A DNA stretch of 64,000 nt from an uncultured Mycoplasmatota bacterium (GCA_900548695.1 URLC01000002.1:95692-159691); one strand, 5' to 3'; counted from the stretch's first letter, positions 45,901 through 56,088 are shown. The notes: generated from the sequence alone by a model not told the origin. Made by a program: numbers and translations.

Positions 45901-48900
45901 AGAGTCTCAAGAGTTATTGGAACATATTTTAGATTCTGTTGAAAGATTAGAAAAATGGCACGGGCATTTATATAACTGGTATGATATTAAGAGTATGAGA
46001 GTCATGCATCCAAGTTTTGTATCAACAGTTGATTCTGGAAATTTTGTAGCGGCACTTATTGTTGTACGAGAATTTTTAAAGGATCATAATCAGGTAGAGT
46101 TAGTGAAGCGTTGTGATAAGTTAATAAATCATTCTAATTTTAAAAAATTATATACTAAAAATGATGTCTTTAGTATTGGTTATGATGAATTAGAAGGACG
46201 TTTGTCGATTTATAATTATAATAAGTTTGCTAGTGAATCTCGTCTTACTAGTTATTTGGCTATTTGTTTGGGCGATGCTCCAAGTAAACATTGGTTCTGT
46301 CTAGATAAATCACTTACAACCTATAAAGGTAGAAAAGGTCTCATTTCATGGTCTGGTACATCTTTTGAATATTATATGCCACTTTTATTCATGAAAAATT
46401 ATTCTAATACTTTATTAGATGAAAGCTATCATTTTGCGAAGTTTTGTCAAGAAGAATATATAAGTAGTGTTTCTCATTCTTTACCTTGGGGTATTAGTGA
46501 ATCAGCTTATAATGAATTAGACAATTCTTTAAATTATAAATATCATGCTTTTTCAACCCCATATTTGAAGGCTAAAGAGGATAAAGAAAATAGAATCGTT
46601 CTTTCCCCTTATTCTTCTTTGATGGCTATGCAAATGTTTCCAAAAGATGTTTATGAAAACTTTGATAAGTTTAAGAAGTTGGATATGTTAGGTGAATATG
46701 GTTTTTATGAAGCTTATGATTATGATAATAAGGGAGTTGTAAAATCATTTTTTGCTCATCATCAAGGAATGTCTTTAGTTGGTCTTGCTAATTATTTAAA
46801 ATCGGGGGTTATTCAAAATTATTTTCATCAAAATGTTAATGTTAAGACTTTTGATATATTATTAAAAGAAAAAGTCCAGGTTCGTACTAGTATCGATATG
46901 AAAATGGCTAGGTATAAGAAGTATGATTACCATAAAGAAGCCATTGAAAATGATATTCGTACTTTTGATTATATTTCATATTTACCGGAAGTTAGTGTAC
47001 TTTCTAATAAAAAATATTGTTTACTTATGAATGATCGAGGGGATAGTTTTTCGAGATATCGTACTTTACAATTAAATCGTTATCGTAAGGTAACAGAACA
47101 AGATTATGGTATTTTCTTATATATTAGGGATTTGGATACTAATTATGTTTGGTCTAATACTTATGCTCCAATTAATAAGAAGCCAGATAAATATGAAACT
47201 GTTTTTGCGGCTGATAAGATTAAATATTTACGTACCGATGGTAAAGTAACGACAAAAACAGAGATTGTTGTAACAAAAAATCATCACGCAGAAATTAGAA
47301 AGATTACTTTTAAGAATGAAAGTGATGAAGTTAAAAATTTAGAACTTACTACTTATTCTGAACCAATTCTTTCTGAAAATATGGATGATATATCACATAG
47401 AGTTTTCAATAGTATGTTTTTAAATAGTAAATATGATAGTACTAGTAATTCATTGATTATTAGAAGAAAGAGTAGAAATGATTCTAATATTAATAGTTAT
47501 ATGCTTCATAGATTATTAGTTTTTGATCCTAAAAGTGAATTTAGTTATGAGACAGAAAGAAAGAATTTTTTAGGAAGAAATCAAACCATGCAAAATCCTA
47601 GTGGTTTATATCAAGAACTTAGTAATACGGCAGGAACTAATCTAGATCCAATTGTTAGTATGAGAAATAGAGTAGAAGTGTTGCCTAATAGTTCGACTAC
47701 TGTTTATATCATTACTGGATTTGGTAGAAGTGTTGAACAAATTGAGGATATTATTCATTCTTATGCTAATGAAACTGATATTGATAAGGCTTTCAAAGTT
47801 TCAACATTAATGAATGTTATTAACACTAAAAATATGAATATTAAAGGTAGTGATATGCGTACTTTTAATATTATGCTTAATTACTTATATCAAACTACAA
47901 GACTTTCTGTTACAGAAGAGAGGATGGATTTATTAAGAAAGAATGCATTAGGACAATCTGGACTTTGGAAGTTTGGTGTTAGTGGAGATAGACCAATTAT
48001 TTTAGTAGAAATTTCAGATATTGCTGACTTGGCTTTTGTGTATGAAGTATTGAAAGCATTTGAATATTATAAAAATAATTCAATATTTGTAGATGTAGTT
48101 ATTGTTAATAATGAATCTAGTCAGTATGCTAAGATTATTAAAAAGGAAATTGACGATGAATTATATCGTATGTATACTTTAAATAGTTTTTATCACATTC
48201 CTGGTGCAGTTACTGTCGTTGATGGCAGTGAGTTAACTAGAGAGGAAAGAAGCTTGTTACAGATGGTAGCAAGACTTAGTTTTGTAATTAAAGATCATCA
48301 TTCTTTAAAGGATGAAGTAGAAGAGTTACAAAAGAAAAATAAAGTTAGTGATTATGAGAAGGTTTTGGTAGAAAATCACAGTGAGGTTATTCATTCTGAG
48401 AGATTAACCTTTGATAACGGATATGGTGGATTTAAGAATAATGGTAGTGAATATGTCATTTATAATCAAAATACACCGGCTCCTTGGAGTAATATTTTAG
48501 CTAATAAGAATTTTGGTAGTATTGTTACCAATAATGGTTGTGGCTATACTTATGCTTATAATTCAGGAGAGTTTAAAATTACTTCTTGGACTAATGATAT
48601 GGTTGCTAATGACAAATCAGAAGGATTTAAATTCAATGGAAGACTTTTTGATCCAATGAAATGTACTCATGGTTTTGGTTATAGTGTTTTTGAAAGTGAA
48701 AATGATGAGTTAAAAAAAGAAATTACAGAATTTGTAGCTAAAGAAGATACAGTTAAATTTTATTTGGTTAAGTTAACAAATAAACTAAAAAAGGCTGTTG
48801 ATGTTGATGTTTCTTTCTGGATTAACCCTGTTTTTGGAAATTTCGAAGAAAAAACGGCAAGACATATTTTAACAGAATTTATGGGACAAGATAACTATTT

Positions 48901-50659
48901 GAAATTACGTAATGTATATAGTGTTGTCTATGGTGATGTTTGTGTTTATATGTCTACTGATTTACCGATTGATAAAACCGTTAATGATAAAATTTTAGTA
49001 AAGAGTATTCATAGTAAGGTACATTTAGACAAAGAAGAAAGTACTACTTGTGTTTTTGTATTAGGAAGCAGTACTGATAGTGAGACTCTTTCTGATATTG
49101 TTTCTAAATTTGCTAATGTTAAAACGGCAAAGAGTGAGTTAAAGGCTGTTAAAGATTATTGGAAGAAAACTTTAGGAGCAGTTAAGGTTGAAAGTTCCGA
49201 TAAGAGTTTTGATTACATGGTTAATGGTTGGTATTTATATCAAGCAATATCTTCTCGTATTTTAGCTAGAGCTGGATTTTATCAAGTAAGTGGAGCGTTT
49301 GGTTATCGAGATCAATTGCAGGACTCTATGAATATTTCTTTGGTATATCCAGAACAAGCTAGAAGACAAATTTTAATTAATGCAGCTCATCAATTTGAAG
49401 CTGGTGATGTTCTTCATTGGTGGCATGAAAAAAATCATTTTGGACTTCGTAGTCGTTATAAAGATGATTATATTTGGCTTGTTTATGCAACTGCTAGATA
49501 TTTGGATGTTACAAAAGATTATTCTATCTTAGAAGAAAAGGTTCCATATGTTGTTGGGCCAGAGTTAAGTAAATATGAACATGAAAAAGGAATTGTATTT
49601 AGTTATACAGAAGAGAAAGTTTCTTTATTAGAACATTTATTAACCTCTCTTCATTTAGCCATGAATTCTTTAGGAAATCATCATTTACCTCTTATGGGTG
49701 GAGGAGACTGGAATGATGGAATGAATAAAGTCGGTATCAAAGGTAAAGGAGAGAGTGTTTGGTTAGGTTTCTTCTTATATCAGACTATTGATATGTTTAT
49801 TCATTTTATGAAAGAGTATGATAAGAAATTTAAATTGAAAGAGTATAAAGAATTTAATGATAAATTGAAAGAAAACTTGAATAAGAAAGCTTGGGATGGA
49901 GAGTATTATCTAAGAGCTTATTTCGATAATGGTGATAAGCTTGGTAGTCGTGAAAATAAGGAATGTAAGATAGATTTAATTTCACAAAGCTTTGCTATTT
50001 TAAGTAATGTTGCGCCAAAGGATAGAGTGCAAAAATCAATTACTGCGGTAGAGGAAAACTTAGTAGATGATCAAAACAAGATTATTAAACTTTTAACACC
50101 GGCATTTGAGAAGTCTTTAAATAATCCAGGTTATATTATGAATTATCCAAAGGGACTTCGTGAAAATGGTGGGCAATATACGCATGCTACTTCTTGGTAT
50201 ATAATGGCTCTTATTAAATCAGGATATTATGATAGAGCATATCGTTATTATCAAATGATTAATCCAGTAAATCGTAGTTTAGATGTTACAGGTGTTGAAA
50301 AATATATAGTTGAACCTTATGTTGTAGCCGCTGATATTTATTCTAATGAACGTTATCCAGGACGTGGAGGTTGGACTTGGTATACTGGAACGGCAGCTTG
50401 GTATTATTATGTTGGTGTTAGTGAAATTTTAGGCCTTAAAAAACATGGCGAAGAATTAACTATTGAGCCTAATATTCCGATTGCTTGGGATTCATTTAAA
50501 TTGGATTATACTTATATGGATACTGTTTATCACATTGAGGTAATCAAAGATAAAAAAGAAAGTATCATATTAGATCATAAAAAATGTAGTGATGGTAAAA
50601 TAACACTAGTTAATGATGGACGTGAACATGAAGTAGTTGTACATTTTATTGCTTTATAA
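42995..50659 (+). CDS. Cyclic beta-1,2-glucan synthase-like giant protein (GT84-like transmembrane glycosyltransferase + GH94-like phosphorylase module)
   Basis: The protein is 2554 aa. It has DED at aa 529-531, RHHRWARGD at aa 674-682, and TM clusters at aa about 315-370 and 715-890. The C-terminal part has MGGGDWNDGMN (aa 2234-2244) and ENGGQYTHA (aa 2390-2398), as in GH94 phosphorylases. Confidence 0.75.
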   Translation: MANLLKNFFTDFEDINDYYTFLVDKTKKLEYVGITNEWLIDNFYLLVEHKTNVVHDKKYVEKDLKKYNRIFYCLKDIVTRNHYNISFKILVTELRDYQKQMKVAFSYPELTCVKNFLLFIYTKRLADLCKEEYHNLLNKEKVARIIESREEKELELSNFLSCDFSVQKDVNYIFEINNQLKELGAKTNSLFKELNELLGQNSISLKEIINQEYQKNIDNDILISNIFGDLKEFFEFTEEDLFKKVSKTEKMLLEDEIYSKMTVESKRLYRNQLLKLSKKNHKDELSYLEELVEKANGDQYHIGFQLFPKKKNNLRVILYILVILVATFGISFFLSRYFISWRLIGFILLVIPVSQLFVQIFQQILIRVVPTKPILKLDYSKGIPDDSKTMVVIPTIISSKDKIKEMFDTLETFYIINKTDNLYFTLLGDVKASNQEVLDIDDELSEYGISYAEKLNKKYKKELFYFLYRKRFWNEGENCYLGYERKRGALLQFNQLLLKKMSKEDQKYWYFANTLGDIKEDIRYVITLDEDNRLVLNTALNLVGAMAHPMNHPVLNKEETKVVKGYALMQPRVSLDIEATNKSLYSQVFAGIGGFDTYSAMVPNVYQDTFGEGSFVGKGIYDLKIFDKVLSNVFPENLILSHDLLEGNYLRCGYVSDIELIDDFPSKFLTDTTRHHRWARGDIQIIGWLLPFVKNKDGKKVKNPINLLGKWKIFDNLVRMFLYPTLLLVLLFAIFFSKINPLWWIAFIVLVIAVPILFFLHGKIYQHDGKKEKATIYYHKLLFGGKSIILRSYIILSTLPFYSKLYLDAFFRTIYRLTVSHKNLLNWITASDASKNIDCSIKSYFKNFSFHLIFSFMLLVVGVATFNIYASLLAIVFITAPFVLYTVSKDIDPQKKELKEKEVEDVRQIAYLTWRYFADNLKEEYHYLIPDNYQENRENKLDLRTSPTGIGFSMLGVVSACELEFISDTESQELLEHILDSVERLEKWHGHLYNWYDIKSMRVMHPSFVSTVDSGNFVAALIVVREFLKDHNQVELVKRCDKLINHSNFKKLYTKNDVFSIGYDELEGRLSIYNYNKFASESRLTSYLAICLGDAPSKHWFCLDKSLTTYKGRKGLISWSGTSFEYYMPLLFMKNYSNTLLDESYHFAKFCQEEYISSVSHSLPWGISESAYNELDNSLNYKYHAFSTPYLKAKEDKENRIVLSPYSSLMAMQMFPKDVYENFDKFKKLDMLGEYGFYEAYDYDNKGVVKSFFAHHQGMSLVGLANYLKSGVIQNYFHQNVNVKTFDILLKEKVQVRTSIDMKMARYKKYDYHKEAIENDIRTFDYISYLPEVSVLSNKKYCLLMNDRGDSFSRYRTLQLNRYRKVTEQDYGIFLYIRDLDTNYVWSNTYAPINKKPDKYETVFAADKIKYLRTDGKVTTKTEIVVTKNHHAEIRKITFKNESDEVKNLELTTYSEPILSENMDDISHRVFNSMFLNSKYDSTSNSLIIRRKSRNDSNINSYMLHRLLVFDPKSEFSYETERKNFLGRNQTMQNPSGLYQELSNTAGTNLDPIVSMRNRVEVLPNSSTTVYIITGFGRSVEQIEDIIHSYANETDIDKAFKVSTLMNVINTKNMNIKGSDMRTFNIMLNYLYQTTRLSVTEERMDLLRKNALGQSGLWKFGVSGDRPIILVEISDIADLAFVYEVLKAFEYYKNNSIFVDVVIVNNESSQYAKIIKKEIDDELYRMYTLNSFYHIPGAVTVVDGSELTREERSLLQMVARLSFVIKDHHSLKDEVEELQKKNKVSDYEKVLVENHSEVIHSERLTFDNGYGGFKNNGSEYVIYNQNTPAPWSNILANKNFGSIVTNNGCGYTYAYNSGEFKITSWTNDMVANDKSEGFKFNGRLFDPMKCTHGFGYSVFESENDELKKEITEFVAKEDTVKFYLVKLTNKLKKAVDVDVSFWINPVFGNFEEKTARHILTEFMGQDNYLKLRNVYSVVYGDVCVYMSTDLPIDKTVNDKILVKSIHSKVHLDKEESTTCVFVLGSSTDSETLSDIVSKFANVKTAKSELKAVKDYWKKTLGAVKVESSDKSFDYMVNGWYLYQAISSRILARAGFYQVSGAFGYRDQLQDSMNISLVYPEQARRQILINAAHQFEAGDVLHWWHEKNHFGLRSRYKDDYIWLVYATARYLDVTKDYSILEEKVPYVVGPELSKYEHEKGIVFSYTEEKVSLLEHLLTSLHLAMNSLGNHHLPLMGGGDWNDGMNKVGIKGKGESVWLGFFLYQTIDMFIHFMKEYDKKFKLKEYKEFNDKLKENLNKKAWDGEYYLRAYFDNGDKLGSRENKECKIDLISQSFAILSNVAPKDRVQKSITAVEENLVDDQNKIIKLLTPAFEKSLNNPGYIMNYPKGLRENGGQYTHATSWYIMALIKSGYYDRAYRYYQMINPVNRSLDVTGVEKYIVEPYVVAADIYSNERYPGRGGWTWYTGTAAWYYYVGVSEILGLKKHGEELTIEPNIPIAWDSFKLDYTYMDTVYHIEVIKDKKESIILDHKKCSDGKITLVNDGREHEVVVHFIAL

Positions 50660-50663
50660 TTAG

Positions 50664-50698
50664 AAACGATTAAACTTAGTTTAGTCGTTTTTATTTTC
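50664..50698 (+). terminator. Intrinsic terminator after the giant gene
   Basis: The 12-bp stem AAACGATTAAAC/GTTTAGTCGTTT (one G-U pair) with loop TTA is followed by a T-rich tail. Confidence 0.8.
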
Positions 50699-50799
50699 AG
50701 TTAATTAGTTTTAAATGTCAAAAAAAGCTAGCTTCTTTTTTTTGATTTTAAGACTTAGTTTGTGTTATACTTTTAATAAGTTAGAAAGTAGGTGGATTT

Positions 50800-51981
50800 A
50801 TGAAGTTAGATATAACTACACATGTGAATCAATTTTTAGATAAAGATGTTATCAAAAAATATAGTGATAGAAAAGATGAGGTTTTTAACTTATTAGATAG
50901 TGCTAGTATGAATGGTTGGCTTCATCCTGATTTAACTTACATTCATAAAATATTAGAAGTAAGGGATAGAGTTAAGAAAAATTCTCAATGTTTAGTTGTT
51001 GTTGGTATTGGTGGTTCTTTTTTAGGAAGTGCTGCTTTATATGAAATGTTTAAGCCATATTTTAAAAGAGATGATTTTGAGATTATTTATGCTGGAACTA
51101 CTTTATCTAGTAGTTATATGAGTGAGTTAGTATCATATTTAAAGACGGTTGATTTTTCGGTAAATGTTATTAGTAAAAGTGGTACAACTATGGAAACATC
51201 ACTTACTTATACTGCTATAAAAAAGGTTATGGAAGAAAAATATAGTCCTTGGGAATTGAAAGAAAGAATTATTATTACAACAGATCCAGTGAAAGGAGAT
51301 TTACGAAAAGAAGTAGAAGAGGTAGGTTATACGGCTTTTGAAATTCCAGATAATATTGGCGGACGTTATTCTTTACTTACAGCTGCCCATTTATTCCCAC
51401 TTTCTTTTTGTATCGATATAAATGAACTTATTTCTGGTTATCAAGACGGAATCTTACTTAAAGAGTTGGCTTTTTCTTATGCAGTAGTTCGTCGTAGTTT
51501 ATTTGATTCTGGAAAAGTAGTAGAAAATTTTGTTACTTATGAAAATAATTTTTATTATTATTTAGAATGGTTGAAACAATTGTTTGGAGAAACAGAAGGA
51601 AAAGAGAGTAAGGGTATTTTACCAATTTCGATGATTCATACAAGAGATTTACATTCTTTAGGACAGTTTGTGCAAGAGGGAAATAAAATTCTTTATGAAA
51701 CATTTTTTAAAATAAAAAATAATAGAGAAGATTTTTTTATTAATGTTAGAAGTTTACATCAAGATACTTTGATTGTTGAAGATAGTGTTATTGCAGCTCA
51801 TGTATCTGGTGGTGTACCATGTATTATTTTAGAACTTGATGATGTTAGTCCTTATACTATAGGTGAAGTTTCAGCCTTTTTCCTTTTAACTGCTGCATTT
51901 AGTGGATTTTTGTTTGATGTAGACCCTTTTAATCAACCAGGTGTTGAAGTTTATAAAAGTGAAGTTAGATCACGTTTATAA
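50800..51981 (+). CDS. pgi: Glucose-6-phosphate isomerase (short form)
   Basis: It has the sugar-isomerase-fold motifs VGIGGSFLG, SKSGTTMET and NIGGRYS. Confidence 0.85.
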   Translation: MKLDITTHVNQFLDKDVIKKYSDRKDEVFNLLDSASMNGWLHPDLTYIHKILEVRDRVKKNSQCLVVVGIGGSFLGSAALYEMFKPYFKRDDFEIIYAGTTLSSSYMSELVSYLKTVDFSVNVISKSGTTMETSLTYTAIKKVMEEKYSPWELKERIIITTDPVKGDLRKEVEEVGYTAFEIPDNIGGRYSLLTAAHLFPLSFCIDINELISGYQDGILLKELAFSYAVVRRSLFDSGKVVENFVTYENNFYYYLEWLKQLFGETEGKESKGILPISMIHTRDLHSLGQFVQEGNKILYETFFKIKNNREDFFINVRSLHQDTLIVEDSVIAAHVSGGVPCIILELDDVSPYTIGEVSAFFLLTAAFSGFLFDVDPFNQPGVEVYKSEVRSRL

Positions 51982-51997
51982 TAGAGAGGAAGGTAGT

Positions 51998-52606
51998 ATG
52001 AAACAGAAAAATATCATTTTGGCTCTTTTTTTCGCAATATTATTCTTAATTCTTATGGTATTGGTGGTTTTTGGGTATACAGCAAAATTTGATACTTATG
52101 TTTATGATTTTATCATTTCATTTCGAAATTCTTTTTTGGATCATTATTTTATTACAGTTACAAAGCTTGGAAATACTTTGATTGTTATTTTGATTGTTTT
52201 AGTTTTAGCTTTGATATTTAGAAATAGGTATAGTATTTTTTTGATTGTTAGTTCGATTGATTCGGTCATATTAAATACGATTTTTAAATACATAATTCAA
52301 AGACCTAGACCTGACGAATTAAGATTAATTTCGCAGAGTGGTTACTCTTTTCCAAGTGGTCATGCAATGATTTCTATTTGTTTATATGGTTACCTTTGCT
52401 ATTTAGCATTTACAAAAATTAAAAATAAAGTTTATAAATATGTAGTATCAATTATTTTAATTTTGGTTATTTTAAGTATAGGAGTTAGTCGTATTTATGT
52501 AGGTGTTCATTATGCTAGTGATGTTGTGGCAGGTTATTTACTGGCACTTAGTTATTTGGTTATTTTAATAGAGGTTACTAAGAAGATAGATTTTAGAAAG
52601 GAGTAA
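51998..52606 (+). CDS. PAP2-family lipid phosphatase (BcrC/undecaprenyl-diphosphatase-like)
   Basis: It has the motifs KYIIQRPRP, PSGH and SRIYVGVHYASD. The ATG at 51998 follows GAGGAAGG. Confidence 0.8.
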   Translation: MKQKNIILALFFAILFLILMVLVVFGYTAKFDTYVYDFIISFRNSFLDHYFITVTKLGNTLIVILIVLVLALIFRNRYSIFLIVSSIDSVILNTIFKYIIQRPRPDELRLISQSGYSFPSGHAMISICLYGYLCYLAFTKIKNKVYKYVVSIILILVILSIGVSRIYVGVHYASDVVAGYLLALSYLVILIEVTKKIDFRKE

Positions 52607-52610
52607 GATT

Positions 52611-53393
52611 ATGTATCAATTGTTTGTAAGTGATTTTGATGGGACCTTAATTGATTCTGATGAGGCAATCCCGCTTTCTACGATGGTTGAAATTGATCGT
52701 ATCCGAAAAGCTGGTGTGAAGTTTGTAGTTGCAACTGGAAGAATTTTGAAATCTGTATTAGATTATAATCGGGACTTTCCGTTTTTAGATTATGTTATTT
52801 CTTGTGATGGAGCTTATGTTTATGATGTTTGTAATCGAAAAGTAATATTTAAGAAAACTTTGGGTGGTTCCATTATAAAAAAAATGAAAAAACTTTATTT
52901 CGATTGTGATATTTACTTATGTACTGCACAAGAGTGGATTTTATGCAGTGGTAATATGGTTTATTCTGAGGCTAAGAAGAGAAAGATGGATTTTCAGGAT
53001 TTTTACTCAAATAATAAAGATAATATTTATAAATTAGAAATTTACTTTAAGACAAAAAAAGAAAGAAATAGTGCTTTTCAAGAATTACAGGAATTAGGGA
53101 TTCCTGCTAATTTTGTAAAGATGGATGAAGCTAAAAAGAAGTATTTAATTGAGGTTACTGCTAAAGATGTACATAAGGCTTTAGGACTGGAAAAAATTTG
53201 TAAAAAGGAACATATTTCTTTAGATAAAGTGGTTTGTGTAGGGGATAGTGATAATGATATTCCAATTTTATTATCGGTTGGGATGAGTGCTGCTGTGGCT
53301 AATGGTACTAAAAAAGCAAAAAAAGTTGCAAAAATGCAAACAAGTTCTAATGAAACTAAGGGCGTTGAAAAAGTGATTAAGAAATTATTTTAA
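52611..53393 (+). CDS. Cof-type HAD-IIB phosphatase
   Basis: It has motif I FVSDFDGTL and motif IV GDSDNDIPIL. Confidence 0.85.
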   Translation: MYQLFVSDFDGTLIDSDEAIPLSTMVEIDRIRKAGVKFVVATGRILKSVLDYNRDFPFLDYVISCDGAYVYDVCNRKVIFKKTLGGSIIKKMKKLYFDCDIYLCTAQEWILCSGNMVYSEAKKRKMDFQDFYSNNKDNIYKLEIYFKTKKERNSAFQELQELGIPANFVKMDEAKKKYLIEVTAKDVHKALGLEKICKKEHISLDKVVCVGDSDNDIPILLSVGMSAAVANGTKKAKKVAKMQTSSNETKGVEKVIKKLF

Positions 53394-53444
53394 ATTTCAC
53401 TTCGTTTTCACACTTGATAATTAAACTTTGTTTAGGAGGACGTT

Positions 53445-55178
53445 ATGAAGAAGAAAAAGAGAGTTAATAAAAAAAGAGATTGGAACTTGATAAAAAGAGT
53501 CGCTTTAGTAGTTTTGTTCTTAGTTATTATTAGTGTTGTTTCTTGTGGTGTTGTGATTTTTATTCGTGGATTAAATGAGAAGATTGTGGAAAGCCAGTTA
53601 AATGATGAGGCATGGTTGGCTCAACATATCAAAATTACTAAAAATAATAATTTAGGAAAAAATATTTATTCCGTAAGTCGACCAATTGATGTAAAAGTAT
53701 TTGATATGGTATATCAAGAAGTATTACAAGAAAAGATAGATGTTTTATTAGAAGAATCTTATTCTTTTTCTAATCCTTTAATGATTTATAATTTGTATGG
53801 TACTAATACATTAGGACTTAATATTTATTTTAAAACGGAAGAGGAGAGTAAGTTATCTTATACTATTCATGTTGATGATAAAGAAATTCCTGATTTTTCT
53901 AGGACTTTAGATAATGACTCTTTGAATCATTTGACAAAAAATCATCAATATCAATTAATTGGTTTTGTTCCAGGCTTAAAAAACGAAGTTACTTTAGAGT
54001 TAAAAGATAAAGATGATAAGGTTATTGATACGAAGAAGTTTACTTTAGATTTCACTGGTATTTCTGTTAATGCGGAAGAAAAACTTGAAGTAAAAGATGG
54101 AAATAGTCAAGAAGAACTAACTAATGGCCTTTATGCAATGTTAGGAAATGATTCTGATCAACAAGATTATTTAGCATTATATGATAATGATGGAATATTG
54201 AGAATGGAAACAGAAATTAGGGGATATCGTAGTCATCGTATTTTATTTAGAAATGGTAAAATGTATTATTCTATTTCACAATCTAAAATTGCTGAGGTTA
54301 ACCCTTTGGGACAGGTGACAGAAATTTATAATACAGGACATTATGATTTACATCATGATTATACTTTTGATGATGATGGTAATTTAATTGTTCTTGCTAA
54401 TAATAGAAAGAAAAAGACGGAAGAAGATTGTATTATTAAAATTGATTTAGATACGAAAGCCGTTACTGAGATAATTGATTTTGAAAATATGTTTAAGTCT
54501 TATGTTGAAACTTGTACTTTAGATACAACTGGAGTTCGTGATGAGGGTGAAGATGGTCTTGATTGGTTACATTTAAATTCTATTGTTTGGCTAGATGGTG
54601 ATGTTTTATTGAGTAGCCGTGAAACTAGTTCCATTATTCGAGTTAACAATGTTGAAACTGAACCAGAATTAGTTTATATTTTATCTGATCCTAAAATTTG
54701 GGAAGATACAGAATTTAGTGAGTATGTTTATCTTAAAAAGGGAGACTTTAAGATTCATGCGGGACAACATAGCTTAAATTATGAAGAAGGTAGTGAAGAT
54801 GGTGTTTATACCATTACTTTCTTTGATAATAATTATGGCAAAGCTAACTCACAGCCCAAGTTTGATTATTCTAAATTGGGTATTAAGAATCAAGATTCTT
54901 TTAAGGGCGATAGTTCATATTACTATGTTTATGAAGTCAATGAAAATGAGAAAACTTTCGAACTTGTAGATAGTTTTGAAGTTTTGTATTCTGGCATTGT
55001 TAGTAGTGTTCAACCCATGGATAATGGGAATATAGTAGTTGATTCTGGAACAGCTGGAGTATTTGCAGAATATGATGAAGATCATAACCTAATTAGACAA
55101 TTTAAAGCTAAGTTAAATAAATATATGATTTATCGTGTGTTTAAATATGATTTTAATGATTTTTGGTTTGAAGGCTAG
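53445..55178 (+). CDS. Membrane-anchored arylsulfotransferase (ASST)-family-like beta-propeller protein
   Basis: It has an N-terminal TM helix and the segments DLHHDY, DWLHLNS and HAGQHS, which resemble the ASST family. This is a motif-level call only. Confidence 0.45.
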   Translation: MKKKKRVNKKRDWNLIKRVALVVLFLVIISVVSCGVVIFIRGLNEKIVESQLNDEAWLAQHIKITKNNNLGKNIYSVSRPIDVKVFDMVYQEVLQEKIDVLLEESYSFSNPLMIYNLYGTNTLGLNIYFKTEEESKLSYTIHVDDKEIPDFSRTLDNDSLNHLTKNHQYQLIGFVPGLKNEVTLELKDKDDKVIDTKKFTLDFTGISVNAEEKLEVKDGNSQEELTNGLYAMLGNDSDQQDYLALYDNDGILRMETEIRGYRSHRILFRNGKMYYSISQSKIAEVNPLGQVTEIYNTGHYDLHHDYTFDDDGNLIVLANNRKKKTEEDCIIKIDLDTKAVTEIIDFENMFKSYVETCTLDTTGVRDEGEDGLDWLHLNSIVWLDGDVLLSSRETSSIIRVNNVETEPELVYILSDPKIWEDTEFSEYVYLKKGDFKIHAGQHSLNYEEGSEDGVYTITFFDNNYGKANSQPKFDYSKLGIKNQDSFKGDSSYYYVYEVNENEKTFELVDSFEVLYSGIVSSVQPMDNGNIVVDSGTAGVFAEYDEDHNLIRQFKAKLNKYMIYRVFKYDFNDFWFEG

Positions 55179-55230
55179 TTTTACTAGTCTTTTTCTTTTT
55201 TCTATATTATAATTAGTTTGTGGAGGGCTT

Positions 55231-56088
55231 ATGAAATTAGTTGTTAATAAAAATAGTGAATTATTAGAATATTTATATGAAAATTTGGATATGCCTAAAA
55301 AACGTATTAAACAATATTTAGTGCATGGTGCTATCTATGTAGAAGAAGATCGTGTAACTCAATATAATTATCCATTGGTTGTTGGTATGAAAATTATGAT
55401 TGATACTAATAGTAAACATGTTAGAAAACTACCTTTTGAAATTTTATTTGAAGATGATCATTTACTTGTTGTCAATAAACCTAGTGGTTTACTTACTATT
55501 GCAACAGATAAAGAAAAAGAGCGTACTTTGTATCATATTGTTAGAGATTATGTTATTTCTAAAAATCCACATGGACGTATTTTTATTGTTCATAGGTTAG
55601 ATAAAGATACTAGTGGAATTGTTTTATTTGCGAAGGATGAAAAGACTAAGAATCAATTACAGGAAAATTGGAATGAATATGTGAGTTTGCGGGAGTATAC
55701 TGCTATAGTTTTTGGACATCCAAAAGAAGAGGTTGGGCAAATTGTTCAATATCTAAAAGAAACTAAAACAAATTTAGTTTATGTATCTCGCCATGAGGAT
55801 GGTAAAAAGGCAATTACTAATTACTCATTAATTAAGAGTAGTGATCATTATTCTATGCTTAAAGTTATCATTGAAACTGGTAGAAAGAATCAAATTCGTG
55901 TAGCTCTTGCTAGTAAAAAGATGTCTATTGTCGGAGATAAAAAATATGGTGATTCAAAAAGCAAGGCTAATAGGTTATATTTACACGCAAATCGTTTGAA
56001 GATTTATTATCCAGTGATTAAAAAAGAAATTTTATTTGAAACAGCAATTCCTAATGAGTTTAAAAAATTATTAAGTCAAGATAGGTAA
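55231..56088 (+). CDS. RluA-family pseudouridine synthase with S4-like N-terminus
   Basis: It has the catalytic motif HRLDKDTSGIVLFAKD and GRKNQIR. Confidence 0.88.
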   Translation: MKLVVNKNSELLEYLYENLDMPKKRIKQYLVHGAIYVEEDRVTQYNYPLVVGMKIMIDTNSKHVRKLPFEILFEDDHLLVVNKPSGLLTIATDKEKERTLYHIVRDYVISKNPHGRIFIVHRLDKDTSGIVLFAKDEKTKNQLQENWNEYVSLREYTAIVFGHPKEEVGQIVQYLKETKTNLVYVSRHEDGKKAITNYSLIKSSDHYSMLKVIIETGRKNQIRVALASKKMSIVGDKKYGDSKSKANRLYLHANRLKIYYPVIKKEILFETAIPNEFKKLLSQDR

